Below, piece by piece: positions 25,849-38,395 of a DNA stretch of 64,000 nt. The position numbers and the translations under genes were made by a program. Under the pieces are notes generated by a model. The model was not told where the DNA came from and ran no database searches. It worked only from the letters and a program-made list of their open reading frames with translations. Origin of the DNA: Stylophora pistillata (Eukaryota); the NCBI RefSeq assembly GCF_002571385.2, contig NW_019217948.1:427548-491547 (forward strand), read 5' to 3'. Position 1 is the first letter of the stretch. Every line of letters starts with the position of its first letter.

Positions 25849-27269
25849 TAGATCAGTAATATTGGACCGCCCGGGTCTCGATATTTTCTCGACGCAAAGA
25901 TAACTGGAGTCCATGGGCAATTACACCTCTCTAGCTCCTTACCTTTGACAATGAAACTCTCTCCATCCAAACGGACTAATTATATCTACAGTGCTGAGCT
26001 GTGGAAAACATTCCTCTTGATGCCAATGTTAGACAACCCACAACAAAAATCAACTGATAAAGCCTCTTCCGGAGAAGTACGAAATGTCCACAACATACTG
26101 TGGACATACAGTTGTAAAGAACCCACCCTATGAGAGGTCAGTCTCTGAGCTGTAGTCTGGGTGCTAGACCTCATGTTAAGCCTAGAAATAATCCACGATG
26201 ACGTCTCCAGGAGGACAGGAATTCTCGACTGCAGTCCCACGGCAGCTAACATCCAACAACCCGTTTAATCTATAGGAGGACCGTAAGGAAATCAATCCAT
26301 GCACTTCGATTGGTAGCCAGGAGAAATACGGGGCCATGTCTGAATTTCCTTGTACGGTATTCGTTAAGCCAACAGATCAGCAGTGTTCAACGTAAAAGGA
26401 CACATTTTTTCTTTCAGACACTGCAAAGCTATTCACTGCTACTACTTCCTTCTCTCCAAGACTGCTCGGCAGTCACCTTATGAGATATCTTCCCGCAGGT
26501 GAGTGAATAAGGGCGTCAGTCATGATAACTCACTTGTTTTATCTTCCATTACTGCTGCACAGTACCAAATCGCAAATTTTTTTATCAATCATTAATGGAA
26601 CATGAAATTTCTTACATTACTTACATTACGGGATAACTAACACAACGCAAGATAATACAATACAATACGATGCAATACTTACATAACTTATAGTATAACA
26701 CTTTGTAATTGTTACTTTGTAGAAGAAAAGAAAGTAGTTAACTTTTTAACATTTTTTAAACTCAATTTGCGAAAAACACTTATTGCAATAACCCACTTAC
26801 TCTACTAAAAAAACGCATTACACTGATAACAATACAACTACTTCCACTTACACTAATGCAGAATACTGGGCCAGGTTGTTCGAAAGAGGGTTAACGTTAA
26901 TCAGGGATTAAAAGTTAACCTAGACTTTGAATTCTCAGGTAGAGGAGCATCTATAAGAGCTAGGGCTTTTTTAGTTTTATCTTAATATGACTCGAACCTA
27001 ACGACGAAGAAAAAAACAAACAAACTGTTTTTTTCAGTCTGAGATTAAAGTACTTTTCCTCGCCTATAAAATTTTATTTTTACCCGTCGATGAACGTTGA
27101 ATAGAAGTCGAAAAACCTTTGGAGTACTTGTTTTTTTTCAGGATGATAAGCAGCAGTGACCAAGAAAGAGGGATCCTTTTGAATTTCTGCTCCCGCTTCC
27201 CGCCCTGATTAAGATCCCAGTTCCCGCCCCCTGTTCTCCCGGGCTCCCACCCCCCTGTCCCCCACCACT

Positions 27270-27950
27270 AAATGACGCTTACGCACAGTGATGACGTACA
27301 TGAAGATGGTTGGGATTAAGCTTGGTGAAGAGGTAAAGTAAACAGATGTGCTATTCGGTGAATGACAGGGTTTTCGGAGAAGAAAAGAAAACTCCGAAAG
27401 CTACCAATAGGAGTAGAACCTACGACCTTCCGACTAGTTCTTTGGACGCTCTACCACTGAGGTAGAGGAGACTAGTGGAAAATTAGGCCGTTTAAATAGG
27501 TCCATGGTTACAAATTTCCTCCACATTAGAGGATAATCGGAATGCCGATGGGTGATGACTTGTGGCAAGTTGTGATGGTTAGCTAGGTTCATAATGACCA
27601 ACTTCCTGCATACTGCACGGATAGGAATGCCGATATCTAATGCTTATACGCAATGATGATGTAAATGGAGATAGTAAATTATATTGCTAGGGATTTAAGT
27701 GAACTGAGACGTTCTTTAGTAAAAGACCGTCAAAGGCGTGCTCGGATAAAAAAAGGAAAGTCTGAGTGCTCCCCAGTTGTCGAACGTACGACATTCCGAT
27801 TAGTACTTCGGACGCTCTAACACTGAGCTATAGCCAGTTCCTATCAGTTAAGCTAGGCCGGGGAACTAGGTCCATGGCGACAAACCTCTTGCATGCGACG
27901 AGGATAGGAATGTCGATATGTAATGATGATTAAATAGGAAGGGTCGAAAA
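27270..27950 (-). repeat. Degenerate tandem array of tRNA-like units (left part)
   Basis: tRNA-like units (minus strand AGCTCAGTGGTAGAGCG...GGAAGGTCGTAGGTTC) at about 27410-27473 and 27778-27833, with shared spacer motifs. Confidence 0.65.
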
Positions 27951-27979
27951 GGAGGAGAATGCTTATTATATTACGGGGA

Positions 27980-30842
27980 GCAATTGCACGCTACAAAATA
28001 TCGACGCAGACCGTGGCTACAAGTCAAATTCCCAAGTTCTTCTGTGTTATTTCCAGTTATCTACAGACCGCCAGACGCCGGTGAATTCTTTGATGTTCTC
28101 GGTGCCACCTCAGAAAAAGCTTGGCTTAAAACGTTTAATATAATGCTACTTGGGGACTTCAACGGTGACTTTAAGGCGGAATCTGAACAGTGTACTAACG
28201 CCAGAAAACTATGCTCTACTCTTGAAACGTTTAATATACAATATGTGGTGAATGCAAACCCTAGATAAACACAAACAACGAGTACGTTGATAGACCTTAT
28301 TATCACAACAAGGACTGATCTCATAAGCAAGTGTGGTGTTTTGCCTTTGAGAGTTTCAGACCACACTGTGGTATACGCAACGAGGAAGCTGAAGAAGAAA
28401 GGCCGCAACCGTAGTACATCAAAACAAGAGATTACAGGAAATTTGACGCTGAAAATTTCGGGAGGAACAGAATCTACACCTTTCCATGTGGCGTTAGTTT
28501 TTGAAGTGCCAGATTATGTCTTATGGGCATGGCAAACTTTGTTTAACAGAATTTGTGACGTCGCCCAGAAAGAAGTCAAGATAAGAAGTAAACTGGCTCC
28601 TTGGATAACAAACGAGAGGCGTTACATGATTAATAAAAGATACAAGATTTTCAAGGCAGCAGTTAGCACCAAACGTCCTGAGCTTCGGTCAAAATACAAG
28701 AAAGGCAGAAATGTGGTCACGTCAACTTTGCGAACAGCTAAAGCATCCTAGTTTACCAAAACGTTTGAAGAAGTAAGGAAATATAGTACTTACTGGAACT
28801 TAATTAACAAAGCTACAATTCGCTCAGCACGTAACAGAACAATAGGCCTCCTTAAGAGAACCGATGGCAGTTTTGCTCTTATGGAGAAAGAAAAAGTAAA
28901 GATAATGAACGCATACTTTTCCCAGATCCGTGAGAAATTAGCTAAGTCACTACCAATGCCACCGCAGCTTGCTTCTGTAGATGGCAACATATCGCCTACC
29001 TTAAAGCCCTATTTCAATCACAAACCGTTCTGTTGAAGAAAAGATAAATAAACTTAAGACTAATAAGTCCGTTGGACCTACTGACATCTCGCCTAAACTT
29101 CTCAAATTGGCATGGGAAAGGCTATTGTACCAACATTGGTCAATACAGTACAATACAATACATAGCTTATATAGCGCAACGCTTCTCAAAGATCCAGCGG
29201 CGCTTTACAATGATAGTGATAGAAAAATATCATCAATTAAGAATTAAAGTGAATTAAAAAACTAGTGGTCAACCTTTATAATTACAGCATTGAACGGAGA
29301 ACTGTCTTTTTCCCTGTGAAAGACTGCTCGATTAACTCCGCTTTTCAAGAAGGACGATGAAGCAGATTGTGGAAATTATCGACCTGTCTCCCTTTTAAGC
29401 GTACCTAGTGAGATCTTGGAAGCAGAAATAAAGGATAGACAGATGCAGCACGCTTTCGTCGACAATCAGTTAACCACAGAGAAGCAATGGGCTTACCGAC
29501 GCGGCCACTCTACTGAGCTCTTCCTTGTACATCTGACAAAAATGTGGAGGAGAGCTTTAGACTCCGGTAATGTGGTCGCAGTAGCTTTTGTGGACTTCAG
29601 AAAAGCGTTTGACGGTGGCTCACACGATGTCTCAGTGAAGAACCTGAAATATAATTTTGCTATTACGGGCATGTCGCTAGATGGATTAGGGACTACTTGA
29701 GTGGTAGAATGCAGTTCACTCTACTTAATGGTGTCAAATCTGACATGTTACCAGTAACAAGTGGAATACCACAAGGATCTGTATTAGGCCCTATTTTGTT
29801 CACTTTATTTGCTAATGATCTGCCCGCCGCGATAACCAAGGGATCTTTGTTTATGTACGCGCACGATATGTTAGTTTTCTGCACCTAGGTGGTGCCTAGA
29901 GAACCGCCTAACACCTAACCCGGCTAAGAGCGAAATTATTTTAATTAGTACACAAGACACTATTAGACCACTACCTCCAGTACTTTTGGGTAAATCGGTA
30001 CTAAGCTTTGTTACAAAATCTCGTCTTCTTTGAATGATCGTGAACGACAAGCTTACTTGGATACCACATATGCTAGAACTAAAGAAAAACTTTGCAAAAA
30101 AAATAGACACATTGAAGTGCTCAAGGTTTCTGCCCAAATATCCTTTTAATGTTCTATTTTAGTCTAATATTACCTTCTGCGAAGTATGATATTATTTTAT
30201 GGGGTTTCAGTACAAATTCAGATCTTCTGTACTCAATTGAAAAATCTCACGGTAGAGTAGAGCATCTGGGAGAGCTCTCAACGTTGCGGGATGGGATACA
30301 ATCAGTTTCGATTACAAATTTCAAATATTTAAACTATTTTATAGAGCAAGTAAAGTCCCACTACCTGAGTGTCTAATTAATAGCATATTCATACGACGGG
30401 AATGTAGCTACTCATTAAGAGTTCAAAAAGCAATCACGACACCTAGATTCAATTCGAGATTGTTAAAAGACTCACCGGTATATCGAGGTTCAGCGGTATG
30501 GAAGTTTGTTAACCATCATGTCAAAGGTAGTATTGACCTCAAGAAACTTCGTAGAGTACTCAGGAGAAATGATCACTTCAGGTGCTTTGCTTTCACGAGT
30601 TTATCGGGTTCAATGGTTAAGAACAGATTAACTGATTACACGTATTTTTAAGAAGATTTTATTAGCTTCTTAGTTCGCATTTTAAGAATTGTAATCTATT
30701 AGAATGTTGTTAGAAATGTGTTTTAGTTATAATTAATAGTTTTTAATTGGACGAGTAATTATTTTGTTAGTACACGGCCCCACAAGCTTTTTAGCTTAAT
30801 TCTTATCGTGTATGAATAAAGATTCTAGTCTATTATATTCTA
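27980..30842 (+). mobile_element. 5'-truncated decayed LINE (CR1/L2 group), ORF2 pseudogene with APE and RT
   Basis: APE motifs YRPP, LLGDFN, IDLI and SDH. RT motifs [32 protein letters not shown] and MYAHD (YADD). Multiple stops and frameshifts. The 3' tail has a TACACG/CGTGTA stem, AATAAA and TTCTA repeats. Confidence 0.9.
29144..29265 (-). mobile_element. L2-type 3' tail fragment inserted in the LINE
   Basis: Minus strand GTAAAGCGCC...GCGCTATATAAG followed by (TATTG)n. It is flanked by a TGGTCAA duplication (29137-29143 and 29266-29272). Confidence 0.6.
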
Positions 30843-30849
30843 TGTATGG

Positions 30850-31430
30850 AGATGATATATTTTTAACCTGGTGGAGATGTTGCTCAGTAAATAGCACCGG
30901 CATACACATAGGAAAATAGGAAAATCCGAGTATTCCCCATTGTTGTCGAACGAACGACCTTCCGATTGGTACGTCGTACTTCTTACGCTCTACCACTGAG
31001 CTAGAGGAGACTCATATCAAGCCAGGCCTTTGAACTAGCTGCGTAGGTGTAATGATGACATTCATGAAGATGGTAAATTATAAGGCTAGTGATTAATTAA
31101 GTGAAGTAAGATTTTGTTAATTGAATGACGCAGGCATACTCGGAGGAGAAAAGGAAACTGAGTGCTTCCACAAGGAGATGAACTTACGACCTTCCGATTA
31201 ATACATCAATGTGTGATGCTTGTGCGTAATGATGATGTGTATGAAGATGGTAACTATTAAGCCTGTTGATTTAGGAGAAAGAAGATGTTGCTTAGTAAAT
31301 GACACAAGGAAACTCATAGAAAAAAGGAAAATCGGGATGCACACAACAGAACTCGTACCTACGACCTTCAGAAGAGAACTTTAGACGCTATATCACTAAG
31401 CTATTGGAGATTTGTTTAGCTAAGTTTGAA
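30850..31430 (-). repeat. Degenerate tandem array of tRNA-like units (right part, continuation of 27270-27950)
   Basis: Same unit at about 30943-31012, 31173-31200 and 31348-31410. Confidence 0.65.
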
Positions 31431-32469
31431 CCAAAATGACCCAAAATGACCTTGAGTGATGTCTTGACCCAGAATGATCGAAACTATCCTACATTGATGA
31501 CTAGAATGACGTTTAAACTTTACTAGAAGTGTACAGGAAACTATGCCACGAGCAAGGAAAGCGTACAAACAAAAGATAACTCTGTGGCCTCCCTTAAAAA
31601 TACGTACACCAATCAAAACCTCGTCGCTCGTTTTTGATTATTTGTACAATTTGGTGACGAATAACGTAAATTAAGTTAAATGTTGTTCACTGAATAAAGG
31701 ATAGCTCAACTAATATTGGCTGGCCATATTACGGTTGACGGAAAAATTCTTACAATTTTGATTGTTGGCTATTTAATCATCGGATTGATGCTCTGATGGA
31801 TGCCCTGCTCCAAAAGCTCTTTAATGTAACTCTCTTTCTAGCTAGAGGAAAGGTTCGATAAAATAGGAGGCTATGGATGAAACGTGAGTTCTTTCCACAG
31901 GTAATTAGTTTTGATGGATTATCATGTATTTTGCAGGTAGACTGTATTTTTTTGTGGCTACTGCCTCCTATAGTAGGCGAATCCACGTATGTCATAGTTG
32001 TCGAGAGAGTGAGTGTGTGAGTCAATGTAACATTAGTATTCCGATCTTGACCCAATTTTGACTCGATGTTTCCTGTTGGTAATACTTATTTTTTATGGAG
32101 TATCTTAGTAGCTAAACATTAGCACTAGACACACAGCTGAGTTCTCTCCTTTTGTGATTTCTGGCTTACAGCCACTAGCACATTATGTTTTTAGTTCTTG
32201 CCGTAACACTTAATGGAATACAGCAGAAGGCGATAAACATCACAATAATTTCAGGATTGCAAAAATATCTTAAGAGGCGTGATCGGCGCATCATGAAGCT
32301 AAGAGGAATTTTTTTGCTTTGAAGAGAGAGTATTTTACAATTTTAATCAGCAAATTATGTAGATCCGAAGATATAATCTTTTCAGTTCTTGCCGTAATAC
32401 TACAAAAGACGATAAAAATCTCAAAATAGTTTTACGGTGGCATCAATCGACGCATAATTTTATAATGAT

Positions 32470-32843
32470 AATTGAACTGAGTGGAGTGCAATTTGGGCTG
32501 AAATCATACGTGTGATTTGAAATCACAAGTATGATTTCAGACCAAAATTGCATGACACGAGGTTCAATTACCACTTTATTACATCCATTTTGAAATTGCC
32601 CAAATACAGGACTTAGTCAATTCAAATATTTTATTGATGCAGTACTGAACCGGAACCGGAAATGCTTTTAAATCTTATTTTGTATGCAAAACAGAAAGAT
32701 TTTGACGCCATGTGTCAAAAACTCAGTCAAGCGTAAAATGATGTTCTTTAGAGCAAAAAATGGTGCGATTCGTGAATAAATCGCACCAATTAGAGCCAAT
32801 AAGGTTACAGGGACCACCAGTGATTTCAAAGTGGTGTAATAAA
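32470..32843. repeat. Probable interspersed element with internal long hairpin and second inverted-repeat pair
   Basis: Hairpin AATTGAAC..TGCAATTTGGGCTGAAATCATAC / GTATGATTTCAGACCAAAATTGCA..GTTCAATT. Second pair TTTATTACATCCATTTTGAAAT / ATTTCAAAGTGGTGTAATAAA. Confidence 0.55.
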
Positions 32844-33160
32844 AATCAAAACTTTACCTTGCAGAAATATCTCAATAGATATGATCTGCACATCATGGAA
32901 GCTTTGAAAATTTTACTGCTCGAACATTGACTTAAGCCGAAAAAAGCCGCTTAATTTGTGAAGCAAGCAAGCCGCGAAATACTTGAGTTTTTCAACAGGA
33001 ACGGGGGATTAGTGGTATGGCGAAATATCCTAAAACGCAGAGTGCCTTGTTGTGTGATACAAAATTCTCAAAATATGGAATTGCAATAAAAAAAGAAAAT
33101 CATTCATGATTAACAGACGAAATGAAAAGAAGCATAGGTAAAGATTGTTGGGGTCCAGAG

Positions 33161-33168
33161 GAGTTTGA

Positions 33169-33214
<46 letters not shown>

Positions 33215-33412
33215 TGTGGGTAAAAGTCGTGGGTGTGATTAATACTTAACAATAACAATAATCATTTAAAATACTAGTTATAATAATACACAAATATTAT
33301 AAAATCCTTGTCATTGTATCAGCTCGGTTTAGTGAGCCTAATATTTCATTGATTTCATCCAACAGAATTAATTCATTTCACCCAAAAAGAAAAGTGAAAC
33401 CAAAGACTAAGC

Positions 33413-33446
<34 letters not shown>

Positions 33447-34746
33447 AGGGTCATTCCAAAGAGTTTGAGGAGTTTTGTTCAGGTCAAACGCTTGATCAAC
33501 ACACAAAAAAATTATCTAACACTGTAAAGAGAGAAGTGTTAAACAACGTTTTTAGAACATGAAAGAAGCTTCGAGGATCAGAAACACGGCTATTGGCCGT
33601 GTTCTTGAATTAAAATGAAATTGTGCTCTCAGTGCCGGTTAAAAATGAATGAAGTTTCAAAAGTAAAAGTATATCCCTCTGCTGGTCAGGGAAAATAAAG
33701 CTTGTGTTGATCAATGACATTCAGACAAAGAGCCGAATGCCTCATCAATTGTCATCTCCGTATCGCGTACCATCTACCCTGCATCTAAGAAAAAAAAAAT
33801 CAAGTGAAACAGCGAACTGTTGCAAGATAAGCCGATATATAGATAGCAACGTTGCAACGTTAGTTGCAGGTCTGGAGATATTGGCTCCAAAGTTTTTCCA
33901 AGGCACGAAAATATAAAACCTCTGGTATCCAGTGTGCGGTACAATCGGGAACCGGAAATCGCAAGCCAATGTTAAATTGGTCACGACAACTGGCATCGGC
34001 GACAAGAAATTAAACGAAGAACCAATTAGTACAATCTTAAAATTTTTCTCCGTCCATTTAACTGGCCAGGTCCTTTTCTAAATCATAAAATAAACGAGAT
34101 ATGAAGGATTATTGAAATAAGTAAATTAATAAATGAAGAGGTTCTAATAATTTCAATTTTTAAACGATTCATTTCTTATCTGACAAAGACCAGACTCTGC
34201 AGAGTTGCGAAATGTGACGTACTCAAGAAACATACGTTTCATTGTTCGTCGAGAAGTATTGCATTACTTCACGGTAACTACTGACAGTCATGTTTCACGT
34301 CTTGTTTTGAGACACTTACAGGATAAATTTTTGGAAAAGAAGAGTAACAACGGTTCAAGTCACGTTTCGCGAAAAAAAGCCAGTCATTTCGCAATTTCCA
34401 TGAAGAAAAGCCGATTCAACGTTCACGGCGATATAACCAAATCACGTTTAAAACCAGCCAAAGGGCCCTTCACAATCACGATAAAACCCTTTTCCCCTAC
34501 AAAAATAACATTAGCAGTGTGCTATTAACATTATTAAATATGAGCTCTTAACCATTAATTGTTATGTATTACCCACACCCACACCCACGACCCACCACTT
34601 GTACCCACTACCCACGACCCATAGTCTCCCCTCGCAGCCGTTCTTTGTCTCGGGATCCCTGTTGTTGGGGAGGGAGACACAGGGATCCCGAAACAAAGAA
34701 CGGCTGCGAGAGGAGACTACACGATCCACGACCATTAGTCAAGCTC
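33161..34746. mobile_element. Non-autonomous Mutator/foldback-like DNA transposon with 9-bp TSD
   Basis: Termini GAGTTTGAC / GTCAAGCTC; subterminal inverted (C)GTGGGT repeats; perfect TSD GGTCCAGAG at 33152-33160 and 34747-34755. Confidence 0.85.
34622..34719. mobile_element. 98-bp palindromic mini-MITE nested in the right TIR of the Mutator-like element
   Basis: TAGTCTCCCCTCGCAGCCGTTCTTTGTCTCGGGATCCCTGT ... ACAGGGATCCCGAAACAAAGAACGGCTGCGAGAGGAGACTA. Confidence 0.75.
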
Positions 34747-37700
34747 GGTCCAGAGTATTGAGGAACCATGAGGCTTTGGACCGAGCTAGCCCCTTTAAAT
34801 TTATATCATATTACTATAATTGTTATTATTGTTAATATTAGTATCTGTTACGATATAATCAATGCTTGAATGTCAATCAGGCAATAAATTCTTGAATCAT
34901 CTTTCTCTTGTGGGACAGGGTACTCATAAATATGTGGGATGTGGCAGGAATTTCTGTTTTGTATGTGAGAGATCTGTTCTGCAACATTACCTTCGAGCAT
35001 CATTATAGAACCTCTAGCTCTTTTTGATGTTATAAAATTTGTGCGATATCAGAAGCCACATACAGTCTTTAACCGTCCATTTTAGACTTAAGAAACTAAA
35101 CAACGAAAAACTGCTTAGATAGAGTGCTAAGGAATTGAAGGCATTTTTGCACGGGCAGTGTCCATTGCAGTCCGCGGTGGGTCTTCTCTTCGCTGAAACG
35201 ATAAACGTTATCTGCTTGTCGTGCACCCCATAGCGAGAGATAACCATGCATTAATGTTCACAAGCTGTAACTAGGTGCACGCCAGAAAAAGTCCATCAAT
35301 TACGACACAGGATATTTCAATTCTTCTTGATAATTGTCAGTTATTGACAGCTAACTCTTTATCAATCCCAGGCGATCCGCCAAAGTGTCTGAGGTTTTCG
35401 CTATTAGTATGGTGTTGTACAGATTTCATACATGCTTTGATTTCTGGATATTCTAAATTTGTAGCATTTGATGCTTAACGATCAGTCCTTAGCTAATAAC
35501 GGAAAGTCTTGGGAGGACTGACTAAACACGTTACCATAATCTGGGTAAATAGAAAGGTTTTAACTCGTAAATGTAAAATTGTGGAATTTGAGCGCCAGCA
35601 TTTCCGGGATCTAATTGCTTTTGAGCTGATAAAAATTGCAATTATCAGTGCTAGTAAAGTAACAATGCATTAGAATCGAGAAAGAAATTAGGATTTTGAT
35701 GCTGTAAAGATAATGATGTAGTCTGTTTAAAGCTTGTCATAAGACACTTTTCTTATGGCAAATGACATGAAGTTGCTTAGTTACATTATCTAATTATGTT
35801 TATTGCTGTTTGCTAAAAGTGTTTCATGCCGGGGTAAGACTCGACATTGCACGGCGTGAAATGTGCTGCACGTCAGAATGATCATTGGTTAGGTCAGGAC
35901 CTTGGCGTAATCCAAGTATGTCACAAATAATTTTCACTCAAATTTGATTTTCACTCAAAACTCCTTGGTCAATTAGAACAAGTCCATTGATCTCAATGAG
36001 ATTTTATAGTTGAGTGTGAAGATCGGCAACAAAGTTGTGATCAAAATGGGTGGGGTTAGCACGATGACGCTGCAGGTGAAACAAAAGGATAATTGGCTTG
36101 AAAAATTGAACAAGAAAGTCTATGCCGACAGCTATCGGTGAATATCATCTGTACGGTGATCTTTGTACTGATGACATAGAAGATATATCATGATGATGAT
36201 GGTAATAGCGTCATTTGGTTAACAAAGGCAAGGAGAATCCAAAAACTACTTGCGATGTACAAAGAAAAGTCACTAGACCAAACCTGGGACTATATCAGTT
36301 GATAAATAGGCAAACTTTGCCTGCGATTGGAAAAAAGGAAAAGAAGAAATTGGTATGATTGTCACTGAGCAAGGTTTGGAGTACCTTTTAGAAATAGTAT
36401 AATAAGCTCATTTTTTCTTGAGAGTTTCTTCCGCGTCTCTATTAGTACTAGTCACAGTGGAACTTTTGGCGAGTAATATCTGTTATAGCTGTTTTCTATC
36501 ATCACTTAATAATTATGGGTTCAGGAATCACGACCACTTATGACCACTAATACTATTTGAGATCAGTTTTTCTTTCCTTTTCCGATCAGGAGCCAACGAG
36601 AATATCAGATGTCAAGTCTGATGGCGCCTGGGCGCGGGCTATGACCAAACCCAAATCAAGGACCGCCAACTTCTTTTGGTGAAAAACGCAGATAAAAGTA
36701 AATCGTATTGTGGCAAAAGAAGCCGATTTATGTACTCTAACTTTTCTTAGACTGACAATTTGTGAAGGACTTTATCCAACTCAAGTTTCATCAACCTAGT
36801 ACCCTTGCCTAACGTTTTCAGGTCATCTGTTTTCTTTTCTACATTTCATTCTATTTATTCAATTTTATCTATTAAAGCGAGGACTCAAAAAGTGTAACAG
36901 TAGAATGTAGGAGCTGAGTTTGTGTCCAAGTATGCAGATCATGATTTGCAAATGAAAAAGCTTATCATAATCCTAGTTTTCCCCCTTTCTTAATTTTCCT
37001 TAGAACTGTCGAGTACCGTAACGAAGGTATTTTAATTTTCAATGTTGTTTGCGTGCAGAAATTTACTTTTCGTCCATGAATTTGTAATTTGTGAGTATGG
37101 CATATCAAAGAACTGTGTTTCCTGTCGCTGTTTACCACGCGACATGTAATTGTCAACAACAGCGCCGCCCTAAGAGGCACGAATTCAATAACGACGGATA
37201 ATCCTTGAAGCATGCCATGAACTAATGAAAGCTCTTCAACATAAACACTTGAGGGCTGTAGTATTCTGTGATTCTAGTAAAACGAAAACAGTCAGTTATT
37301 CCCTGACTGTTCTGTGACAAACTCATAGGTGTCTACTGTAGTCCAGTTCTAAGAAAGCGATGTATTTAGTTTAATCGGCTCAACTGAGCTATTTTTGTAT
37401 ATTTAGATCACGAGAAATAATAGCTCAGCTAATCGGATAATCCTTCCGCTCAATTCCCGCAGAAGGACCTCTTATACAGCCAGGTGACTCATCGTTTTTT
37501 GCTCTTAATACTGAGAACAGATAGCGCCATCAAATATTCTGCACGAAGAGCGCCATTTTAACTTGCACCTCTTTTTATTTGGCTGAGGGCTTCTTGGCCG
37601 TGCTGACTCTTACTTTGTTTCGCAACGTTATGACTCACATCGGCAAGTTAAATTGGCAGTGAATAAGTCATTGTAAAAAAGAACTCATATTCAGTTGCCT

Positions 37701-38395
37701 ATATTTACTATTTCACTGAGTTTGCTGGAAATATTAAGTTACCAGAAGTTTCATCACACCCACATCATTACTTGAACTTAAATTACTTCATTCATCTGCA
37801 ACCTTATTTATGTCTGGAGTTAAATTAAAAAACATATAGCATTCATTAACACTAAGGAGCTCACTCGAGAAGTGAATTAATGAATAAGTGTGTCCTTTCA
37901 ATGAGTACATGCGTGAGATCGAAGCCAGTATTTGTAATGTTCTGTTTTTAATGTAACCGCATTAAGTGTTCGTTTACAAAACAAGTTCGAAAAAGGAAAT
38001 ACAGAAAAAAGAGTCTTATTTCGTTCATTATTGAGATTTTGGACTTTCTGTATCAATACTTTGCTTCCCTACAATGCTTTGCAGCAAGTATTTTAAATTT
38101 AAGTATAGCTTCAAAAATATGTTGTTGACGTGCTTGCCAGAACAGGCTGAGCTTACATTGCACTCTTCAGGCCAGTACAATGCTTGAAAAGCACAGAATT
38201 TCATATACGTCCTGCTACAGAACCCGGCGGAGAGGTCAAAGTACAACAATTTGGATAACAGTTCGAACACTGAATGAGGCATCTAAATTTAGAGCCACGA
38301 GGTCCAAGAGGGGCTTTTAGCTTAACATGGCTAAATCAATTAACACCAGTTCAAGTGAAATACCTGTCTGCCACGCCACAATTTGGTTTATTACA

